From Caldilineae bacterium (GTDB lineage Bacteria > Chloroflexota > Anaerolineae > JAAEKA01): a stretch of DNA of 64,000 nucleotides. This document shows positions 10,666 through 18,058 of this stretch, one piece after another. Both the position numbers and the translations under genes were made by a program. The stretch is from assembly GCA_020634555.1 (NCBI GenBank), contig JACKBK010000017.1, positions 573 to 64,572 on the forward strand, written 5' to 3'. The notes under the pieces were generated by a model. The model saw nothing but the letters and a program-made list of their open reading frames with translations, was not told where the DNA came from and made no database searches. Within the stretch, counting starts at the first letter, position 1. Each line of letters begins with the position of its first letter.

Positions 10666-13161
10666 CTACCAGCTCGCGTCGCGGCTGGCTGTTATCAACG
10701 TCAGGTTGACGGCTTCGCCGGCCTCGCGCAGCAGCTCTGCATCCAGCCGTTCCAGGGTATCATCGGCCAGCGGCACAGCGGAGTCGGTTCGCTGCACCAC
10801 GATCATCGGCAGATTGCGGCGCAATATTTCCTGGTAACGGTGGCTCAGCGGCTCGTTGCGCTCCACCGGCACGTCCAGCGTTGATGCGTTGCGCTCGAAC
10901 AGGTCGGAGACACGCTGCGGCCCGTCGCTGATCTCCAGCCGATCTCCACCCGACGCCAGGCGCGCCAGGCTGAACCCGGCCACGTCAACCAGCGTAGCAG
11001 CCGGTCCGGCGTAGTTGGTGGCGAAGGCGTCGGCGCCGGAATAGTCCAGATCTGAGCCGGTGAGCGCCACGAACAACACGCTGCGGCGCGGGGTGTAGTC
11101 CTGCTCGTGCCACAGCCGTCCGATCTCCAGCATCGCCGCGACCGCCGCCGCACTGTCATCGGCGCTCTGGTAGACCACGCCGTCGGCCGAGGCGTCGCCG
11201 AGCGAGTCGTAGTGCGCCAGCACGACCAGCAGATCGCGGTTCAGCGCCACGTCCTGGCCCGGGTACATGCCTATTACGTTGCGCAGCTCAATCGAGCGCG
11301 GCTCGCTAAGCTCGACCTGGATCTGTGCCTGGCTGGTCAGTGGGATGAGCTGCCACGGGTCTTGTCCCTTTTGCGCCTCGATGTTGCTATCCACAGCTGC
11401 GAGGCTGGATCCGCTGGCCGCCAGCAGCCGGTCAGCCGCGTCGGGCGTGATAGCCAGCACCGGCAGCGTTGGCCGGCGCCCATAGTCCGCGCCAAACTCG
11501 GCCAACTGCACCTGATCGCGCAGGCCGTACGCGTCATCTTCGATGATTAACACGGCGCGCGCGCCGCGGATCAGCGCCTCGGTGGAGAAGCCTTCCGGCG
11601 CGTTGTCGCCGCGTACCAGCACAACCTGGTCGCGCAGATCCATGCCCGCGAAGACCTCGACCGGCCACTGGCGTTGCTCCGGGTCAAAGGTGACAACTGT
11701 GACCGGTGCAGTAGTCGCGCCGCTGCCGCCATGGCCGTCGATGCGGAAGGCGAAGTCGTCCAGGTGAGTGAACTGGGCCAGCGGCTGGCCGTCAGCATCC
11801 AGCAGCGCCATCGTAGGCGGCGAGAGCGCCTCAACCAACCGGGTGTTGAAGGTCTGGAAGTAGGAACGGCCGCCGCCGCCCGGCTGCATGCCATATTCCT
11901 CGAAGCGCGCGGCGATGTAGTCGGCGGTCTCGTCGTTGCCGGTGGTGCCGGGGCGCCGGTCGCCGAAATCGACGATGGCGGCGGCATGTGCGAGAGCTGC
12001 ATCGCCGTCGAAGTTGCGCGCAAGCTGGGCATAGGAGGGCGCGGGACCGACGTGGCCGACGATGTACCAGGTGGCGGCGACGACCACGCCAACAACAAGC
12101 AACATCTTTTTGCTGAGGATAAAGTTGGTATTGAAGCTGCCGCGTTCCATGAGGCGCCGCAGACCTTCGCCCAGCGCGTTGAAGCCCAGCACCGCCAGAA
12201 AGAAAGCCAACCCCGGATAGAACACCATCCACGGACGGCCGCGGGCCCAAACCCGGCTGTCGGCCATCATCGCGCCCCACTCGGGGATGTCAGGGATGGT
12301 GGCGGAGGTGATGAAGTTGTTCTCCTGGGCCGTGCCGCCGCCCATGAAGACGCCAACGAAGCCCAGTTCGCCCAGCAGCAGCAGGGTGGCGCCCATTTCC
12401 AACAGGCTGATGACGACCAGCGCCGGCAGGATGTTGGGGAGGACGTGGCGAATGGCAGTCTGCGCGCCGGTGAGCCCCATGGCGCGCGCGCCCTCGATGA
12501 AGGGCCGCTGGCGTAGCGTGATGAACTCACCGCGGATGTACTGCGCGATCTCGCCCCAGCCGACGACGCAGAGTGCAATCAGGAAGACGATGATGCCGCG
12601 GCGGATGTCCAGCGCAAAGATCAGCAACATGCCGGTGAGCAGCAACGGAATCGAGCTGGTGACGCCGACGGTGCCCATGATGGCGTGGTCGCTGGCCTTG
12701 CCCTCGTTCCAACCGGCGATGATACCCAACACGGTGCCGAGAATGACCCGCGCCAGGGTAATAAAGGTCGCTGCCACCAAAGTGTTTCGGGCGCCGTAGA
12801 GCAGCAGGCTGAGGATGTCCCGGCCCCACTGATCGCTGCCCAGTGGGTTTGTTTCGGAGGGTGGGAATGGCGGCGCCTGCAGCTCGCCATCGACCATCGT
12901 CAGTGTCGTGGTTCCAACGAGATACGGGTTTTCCGGCGCCCACAGAGGACCAAAGAGGACTAGGAAGAAAAGTGCGACCACGATGGCCAGTCCGACCATG
13001 AGAGGGATGTTCTGGAGGACCTTGCGCGGCGTGACGCGGCGTCTGACGGTCTGCTTTTGTGGCTCCGGCTCCTCTTCATCCGGGCGCGGCGGCTTGAGCA
13101 GCTCGCTGTAGTCGAGCCGGCCGTTCAGGATGCGTTTCAGGGAACGAGTGGGGTTGGTCAT
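10666..13161 (-). CDS. Peptide ABC transporter permease (OppC/DppC-like) fused to a C-terminal extracytoplasmic PA/M28-like domain with degenerate catalytic residues
   Basis: The N-terminal ~370 aa reads NPLGSDQWGRDILSLLLYGARNTL...EGARAMGLTGAQTAIRHVLPN (BPD inner-membrane component). An extra TM helix follows, then AHYDSLGD / SADDSAAAVAAMLE / FVALTGSDLDYSG, where the usual EE pair is replaced by SD. Confidence 0.8.
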   Translation of the reverse strand: MTNPTRSLKRILNGRLDYSELLKPPRPDEEEPEPQKQTVRRRVTPRKVLQNIPLMVGLAIVVALFFLVLFGPLWAPENPYLVGTTTLTMVDGELQAPPFPPSETNPLGSDQWGRDILSLLLYGARNTLVAATFITLARVILGTVLGIIAGWNEGKASDHAIMGTVGVTSSIPLLLTGMLLIFALDIRRGIIVFLIALCVVGWGEIAQYIRGEFITLRQRPFIEGARAMGLTGAQTAIRHVLPNILPALVVISLLEMGATLLLLGELGFVGVFMGGGTAQENNFITSATIPDIPEWGAMMADSRVWARGRPWMVFYPGLAFFLAVLGFNALGEGLRRLMERGSFNTNFILSKKMLLVVGVVVAATWYIVGHVGPAPSYAQLARNFDGDAALAHAAAIVDFGDRRPGTTGNDETADYIAARFEEYGMQPGGGGRSYFQTFNTRLVEALSPPTMALLDADGQPLAQFTHLDDFAFRIDGHGGSGATTAPVTVVTFDPEQRQWPVEVFAGMDLRDQVVLVRGDNAPEGFSTEALIRGARAVLIIEDDAYGLRDQVQLAEFGADYGRRPTLPVLAITPDAADRLLAASGSSLAAVDSNIEAQKGQDPWQLIPLTSQAQIQVELSEPRSIELRNVIGMYPGQDVALNRDLLVVLAHYDSLGDASADGVVYQSADDSAAAVAAMLEIGRLWHEQDYTPRRSVLFVALTGSDLDYSGADAFATNYAGPAATLVDVAGFSLARLASGGDRLEISDGPQRVSDLFERNASTLDVPVERNEPLSHRYQEILRRNLPMIVVQRTDSAVPLADDTLERLDAELLREAGEAVNLTLITASRDASW

Positions 13162-13274
13162 GAGGTAGGTGATGGATGGCGGATAGCAACAGTTCAGTCG
13201 TCAGTGGTCAGTGATCTGTCCTCGGAGCTCGATTGTGGCCAGTAATTCGTCGCTCTCCGGCCATCAGCTATCTG

Positions 13275-14192
13275 CTACGCTACTGTCTCACGAATACGCG
13301 GGTCGATGTAACGATAGAGTACGTCGAGGACCAGGTTGACCACCAGGAAGGTCGTGCCCAACGCCAGGGCCAAGGTGGCGACGACTTCAACCTCGCCGTT
13401 ACGGATGCCGGTCAACATCCGGTCGCCCAGCCCCGGCCAGCCGAAGAAGAACTCGACAACGGGAAGCGCTCCCAGAGCGAAACGCAGCGAGATCGCGCCG
13501 GCGGTCAGGATCGGCACGGCGGCGTTGCGGAGCGCGTGGCCGTTGACGACCTGGCGGCGGCTCAACCCCTTGGCGTTGGCGGTGCGGATGTAGTCCTCGA
13601 AGAAGATGGCGCCCAGCGTGACGAAGGTGACGCGGGTGATGTAGGCAACCGGCCGGGCCGACAGGACGATTACCGGGAAGATCATATGACGCCAGTCCCA
13701 GCCAAAGCCGCCCGCGAAGGCGATGCGCAGCCCGTAGCGCTGGATCAGGTTGATGGACAGCACTTGCAGGAGCATGGCGACGAAGAAGGACGGAATGGAG
13801 ATGCCGACGATGGTGGCGGACAGCAGCATAAAAGACGCCGTGGAGGACTGGCGCAACGACGCCAGCATTCCGAACATCAGTCCCAGCGCCAGCGAAACGA
13901 TAAGCGATGTGACCAGCAGCCCCATGCTCTTGAAGTAGGTGTCCAGCAGAACCTGCGTCACAGGAACGGTGCGGTCGCGGCTGATCTGGACGGTGCCGAA
14001 GTCGCCTTTGACAGCGTTGCCGATGAAGCGTTCGGTGTCCTCAACCGCGGCCTGCGCATGACGAGCGATGCGAAAATCGCCGCGCGGCGCGGTTGAGTTA
14101 CGCGTCATGCGCATACCGAGGAAGACAAAGAAGACGATGGCAATGGCAACGATCAGGATGAACGCCAGGCGGCGAAAGACGAAGGATAGCAT
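13275..14192 (-). CDS. Peptide ABC transporter permease (OppB/DppB-like)
   Basis: MLSFVFRRLAFILIVAIAIVFFVF..., YIRTANAKGLSRRQVVNGHALRNAAVPILT. It lies immediately upstream of the OppC-like gene on the same strand. Confidence 0.85.
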   Translation of the reverse strand: MLSFVFRRLAFILIVAIAIVFFVFLGMRMTRNSTAPRGDFRIARHAQAAVEDTERFIGNAVKGDFGTVQISRDRTVPVTQVLLDTYFKSMGLLVTSLIVSLALGLMFGMLASLRQSSTASFMLLSATIVGISIPSFFVAMLLQVLSINLIQRYGLRIAFAGGFGWDWRHMIFPVIVLSARPVAYITRVTFVTLGAIFFEDYIRTANAKGLSRRQVVNGHALRNAAVPILTAGAISLRFALGALPVVEFFFGWPGLGDRMLTGIRNGEVEVVATLALALGTTFLVVNLVLDVLYRYIDPRIRETVA

Positions 14193-14279
14193 TGCGAGAA
14201 GCTCTGCGGTTTCAACCGCAGTTTGATACAGGGAAGCTTACCGATGAACCTTAAGCATTTAAGTCGGTAAGTGGCTCGA

Positions 14280-14405
14280 CACGCCCGCCGGGATGCTGCG
14301 CAAAACCTCCCGGCTACCAAGTGGAAGCCCTTTCAGGGCTGCGCAGCCCAGGCCCGGAGGGCCTTACACCTGGTAGCCGGATCCGTTTACGGTCGGGCGG
14401 GCGTG
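14280..14405. repeat. Nested inverted-repeat element in the leader/promoter region of the oppB-like gene
   Basis: Outer stem cacgcccgcc / ggcgggcgtg and inner stem ccggctacca / tggtagccgg enclose small hairpins (agccct-ttc-agggct, ggccc-gga-gggcc) and a gggctgcgcagccc palindrome that competes with one of them. Confidence 0.6.
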
Positions 14406-14465
14406 GTAAAACTCGCGCCGGCCTCTTCCAACACTCGCGACCTGGCTGGCAGGTTCAATGCGCCG

Positions 14466-16061
14466 TCACGCCAGTTGTGGCAGGATGAACCAGGACAGCG
14501 CAGCTATGTCCAGAAGCGCGAGCAACGCAAATGGCAGAATAAACGCGGCCGCGTCCAGGCGTTGCCGCCAGCGGGTCGAAACTCGCAGCCAGGCCAGCGA
14601 CCACACCACGAAAGCCGCGCCCGCGCCGCCCAGCAGCGCCACGCTCCAGGTGTTGACGCCAGCGCGCAGCCATCCAATCACACCGGCCAGCGCCGCTGAT
14701 GCGATCAACACGAAGCCTGCCCAACGCGCTGCAGCCGGCCGTAGCACCTCCTGCCACCCCAACGCGACGGCCAGTCCAATAGCCGGCAGAGCGGGAAACA
14801 GGTAGCGACCTTGCGGCTGGACGAAGATCAAGTTGTACGACAGGTAGATGCCGATGGTCAGCAGCGCTGAGAGAGCGAGAAGGGTCAGTGACCAGACGCG
14901 AAAACGTGAAACGTTAGGCGTGAAACGTGAAGTCTCTGATACGACGCCTGTGCGTAATGCCGGATTAGGGCTTGCTTTGGTCTGTGATGCTCGGAGCTTT
15001 CTTGCTGCCAGGACGATGCAACCTGTCAGCACGGCGAGGCTGAACGCCAGCAGCAGGGTGTAGAGGCGCCCGTCCATCCAGACGCCCATCCAGCCAAAGA
15101 CGCCCCAGAAGCTGTCGTGGCTCCAGACAAGGAAGCGCTCCAGGACCGCGCCGGCGCCGGACTGGGCCAGCAGATCAGTTGTGCGCAGTTGGCCGACCAC
15201 CACCGTATCGTGCCAGCGGCGCGCCAGGATGTCAAAGTGGCCGTAGACCGCCGCGTTACGCGCGTACCACGGCAGCGCGATCAGCAGGGCGGGCAGAAAA
15301 ACGAGGATCAGATGAAACGTGAAACGTGAAACGTAACCGGCGGCGCGGTGCTGGCGTCGTGCTTCGTACCCGGCGATCAGCAGGGCGGCGAGGAGCACCG
15401 GCGCGGCCACGTACGCGCTGACCTTGGTGATCAGTGCCAGTCCCAGCAGCACACCCAAAATCAGCGCGTCCCATCCACTCGGCGCACGCGGCCCCAGCAT
15501 CGCCAGCTTGACGTAGCGGATGGACAACAGGAGAATCGCCGCCAGCAACACCTCGGCCAGCGCATCGTTGTTCACCGAGGCGGCAATGGCCAGGTGCATG
15601 GGCAGGAAGGCCACAAAGGCAGCCGCGCCCAACGCCAGATACGGCCGCCCAGGAAAAATCGTAACCGCGATGGCATAGGTCAGTACCACCAGCAGCGCGC
15701 CTAGCGCGGCTGAAAACAGACGCAGCGCGGCCAACTCACCACCTGTGGCCAAAAACACCGGTCCGGCTAGCAGGTAGTAGAGGGGTGGTTGATGTGCCTC
15801 GTAACGTACACCGACGATGGAACGCTCCGGTGGGAATCTGGAGGCTTTAAGCTGGTCCAGATAGGCCTGATCGTAGTCGCCCATGCGCAGGATTGGAAAC
15901 TGGCCGGTGGTGGCAAGCTCGTGGACGTAGTTGTAGTGGGCCGGTTCATCGGGAGCCTGCCAGGCAGGCACCTGCACGGCGTAGAGCGTGGCCAACAGCA
16001 GGTACAGCACAACAATCAGCGCGAGCCACACTTTGGGGTGTTGAGGAGACATCTCCCGCAT
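14466..16061 (-). CDS. GT39/ArnT-PMT-like membrane glycosyltransferase (multi-TM)
   Basis: VPAWQAPDEPAHYNYVHELATTGQFP is followed by >10 hydrophobic helices. The start was set at the ATG at 16061 (MREMSPQHPKVW). The upstream part of the ORF translates a polypurine tract. Confidence 0.7.
   Translation of the reverse strand: MREMSPQHPKVWLALIVVLYLLLATLYAVQVPAWQAPDEPAHYNYVHELATTGQFPILRMGDYDQAYLDQLKASRFPPERSIVGVRYEAHQPPLYYLLAGPVFLATGGELAALRLFSAALGALLVVLTYAIAVTIFPGRPYLALGAAAFVAFLPMHLAIAASVNNDALAEVLLAAILLLSIRYVKLAMLGPRAPSGWDALILGVLLGLALITKVSAYVAAPVLLAALLIAGYEARRQHRAAGYVSRFTFHLILVFLPALLIALPWYARNAAVYGHFDILARRWHDTVVVGQLRTTDLLAQSGAGAVLERFLVWSHDSFWGVFGWMGVWMDGRLYTLLLAFSLAVLTGCIVLAARKLRASQTKASPNPALRTGVVSETSRFTPNVSRFRVWSLTLLALSALLTIGIYLSYNLIFVQPQGRYLFPALPAIGLAVALGWQEVLRPAAARWAGFVLIASAALAGVIGWLRAGVNTWSVALLGGAGAAFVVWSLAWLRVSTRWRQRLDAAAFILPFALLALLDIAALSWFILPQLA
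14901..14935. repeat. Degenerate 5 x 7-bp tandem (consensus GAAACGT) inside the GT39-like CDS
   Basis: aaaacgt gaaacgt taggcgt gaaacgt gaagtct, read directly. Confidence 0.7.
15314..15334. repeat. Perfect (GAAACGT)x3 heptanucleotide tandem inside the GT39-like CDS
   Basis: gaaacgt gaaacgt gaaacgt, which encodes ..VSRFTFH.. on the minus strand. Confidence 0.8.
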
Positions 16062-16087
16062 TTTACCGCAGCCCCGACAGCGCGGCA

Positions 16088-16261
16088 AAGAAGGACAGAG
16101 GGAGACAAGGGAAAGGGGGGAAACTAGGGAAGTAAGGGAAAAGAGGGAAAGGGGAGAGAGTGGGAAAGGAGGACCGACGATTGGGGATTGGCAGTTTGCT
16201 GTTTCACGCATCAAGTTTCCCTTCTTTCCCTCCTTTCCTTCCTTTCCATCTCCCTTTCCCC
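16088..16261. repeat. Polypurine tract (16088-16172) and polypyrimidine tract (16215-16261) in inverted orientation within a divergent promoter region
   Basis: agaaggacagagggagacaagggaaaggggggaa...gggaaaggagga versus tttcccttctttccctcctttccttcctttccatctccctttcccc. They are partly complementary. Confidence 0.7.
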
Positions 16262-16264
16262 GGA

Positions 16265-16293
16265 TTGACAGCTCGCCAGCGGTCGTTTAGAAT
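16265..16293 (+). promoter_or_regulatory. Sigma70-type promoter for the C39-like/TPR gene
   Basis: TTGACA, 17 bp, TAGAAT. Confidence 0.6.
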
Positions 16294-16340
16294 GGCTGAA
16301 CCACAGAACTGTTTGAAACGTGTAGTGTCTGGTGAACGAG

Positions 16341-17744
16341 ATGGCAGAGACGAGATTTCTTGGACGAATCGAGCAACGACCGGGACGCTGGCTGGTCTTG
16401 ATGGGTGTGGCGCTGTTGCTGGTGCTGGCAGCTGTGTTGGCCTGGGGCAGCTTGCGCTACGGCGGCGTTGCCGGTCTTGTGCAACGGGTGCGCCTGGAAT
16501 TTGCCCAGCCTGTGGAGCATCCGGCGCTGGTGCCTACACCGCTGGCGGCCGCGGAGGATGGCAACGCAAAGGCGATGGCATTGCTGGCCAACACTGCCAC
16601 GCCGACCGTCACATGCGCGCCGCCAACCGCTACACCTACGTTGGCTGCTACCCCAATTCTCGAAGCGGCCGCGGCAGACCAGTTGCTCGCCGAGCATCTG
16701 GAGTCTCGTCCAACCAGCACCCCCCCTGCGACCGCAACTCCAACAGAGACGCCTCTTCCCACCGACACGCCCGTTCCGACGCCGCAGGTCGCGCCCGGCG
16801 CCGGGGTTGTCCTGACCGGCCTGAACCACTATTGGCAAACGTGGAACAACTGTGGGCCAGCCACGCTTTCCATGAACCTCAGCTACTACGGCAGCCAGGT
16901 TAAGCAGGCCGAGGCTGCCCGCTTCCTCAAGCCCGACAGCGACGACAAGAACGTCAGCCCGCACGAGTTGGTGGCCTTTGCGCAGCAGCAAGGGCTACAC
17001 GCCCTGGCTCGGGTGGACGGCGATCCGCAGCGGTTGCGCCAGTTTATCGACGCCGGCATCCCGGTGCTTATCGAGACCTGGCTGGACCACGATGGCGGCA
17101 TGGGGCACTATCGCCTGGTGACCGGCTACGACGACAGCCGCGAGGAGTGGATTGTCTACGACAGCTACATCAGCGAGGGAATCGATCCCAAAGGGCCATA
17201 TCCCGGCATCCGCATGAGCTATGCCGACTTAGCCCGGCTCTGGCGCGCCTTCAATCGCACCTACGTGCTGGTCTACGACGATGGGCGTGCCGCGGCGGCT
17301 GAAGCCATCGTCGGTGAGGACATGGATGACCGGACGATGTGGGAGCAGGCGCAGGAGTTGGCCCAGTCTGACGCACAGGCGAACCCGCAGGATGCATTCG
17401 CCTGGTTCAACCTGGGCAGTAGTTTGGAGGCGCTGGGCCGGCCCGCGGACGCTGCAGTAGCTTTCGACCAGGCACGCGTCATCGGCCTGCCATGGCGCAT
17501 GTTGTGGTACCAGTTCGCGCCCTTCCGTGCCTACTACGACTCCGGCCGCTACGACGAGCTGATCGCTGTGGCCGATGCTACCATCGCCACCGCCGGCAAC
17601 ATCGAAGAGACCTTCTACTGGAAGGGCAGGGGGTTGCAGGCGCTGGGAGATCTGGAGGGTGCGCGCCGGGCCTATCAGCGGGCTGCAGAGTTGAACAGCA
17701 ACTACGCCGACGCGGCTACCGCGTTGACTGAACTTGGCGGCTGA
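16341..17744 (+). CDS. Membrane-anchored peptidase C39-like domain protein with C-terminal TPR repeats
   Basis: TM helix, Thr/Pro linker, YWQTWNNCGPATLSMNLSYYG...GMGHYRLVTGYDD (papain-like C39 fold motifs), then TPR-like AWFNLGSSLEALGRPADAAVAFDQA. A GTG at 16332 is an alternative start. Confidence 0.75.
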   Translation: MAETRFLGRIEQRPGRWLVLMGVALLLVLAAVLAWGSLRYGGVAGLVQRVRLEFAQPVEHPALVPTPLAAAEDGNAKAMALLANTATPTVTCAPPTATPTLAATPILEAAAADQLLAEHLESRPTSTPPATATPTETPLPTDTPVPTPQVAPGAGVVLTGLNHYWQTWNNCGPATLSMNLSYYGSQVKQAEAARFLKPDSDDKNVSPHELVAFAQQQGLHALARVDGDPQRLRQFIDAGIPVLIETWLDHDGGMGHYRLVTGYDDSREEWIVYDSYISEGIDPKGPYPGIRMSYADLARLWRAFNRTYVLVYDDGRAAAAEAIVGEDMDDRTMWEQAQELAQSDAQANPQDAFAWFNLGSSLEALGRPADAAVAFDQARVIGLPWRMLWYQFAPFRAYYDSGRYDELIAVADATIATAGNIEETFYWKGRGLQALGDLEGARRAYQRAAELNSNYADAATALTELGG

Positions 17745-18058
17745 TCGGGAAATCACATGTTTTGAACATGAGCTAAACTCTTTACTCGAGGGGATCGCAC
17801 TCTGGTGGCGGAAGATTACCGGTGTACAGAGTCGAGCTTAGCAACTACAGCAGAAGCCAGGGGGTCTGACAACCGAGTTGAAGGGTGAAACTCTGCTCAA
17901 TGCCAGTGTTGACGCGCCGCTAGCCGCCAACCCCATTTGACAGGAACTAACGCGGCGCGTCAATCGTCTGATTACAAAGACCTCTTGAACAGTTTCCTAC
18001 AGTCCCTAACGCTTTACCTCACGTTTCACTACCTCAAGTTTCTCAAGGAAGAAGCACC

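Noticed and set aside
16062-16214. N-terminal extension of the GT39-like ORF (PPFPLSPLSLFSLTSLVSPLSLVSL)
   Set aside because: It is a translation of the polypurine/polypyrimidine tract. The glycosyltransferase homology and first TM helix start after the ATG at 16061.
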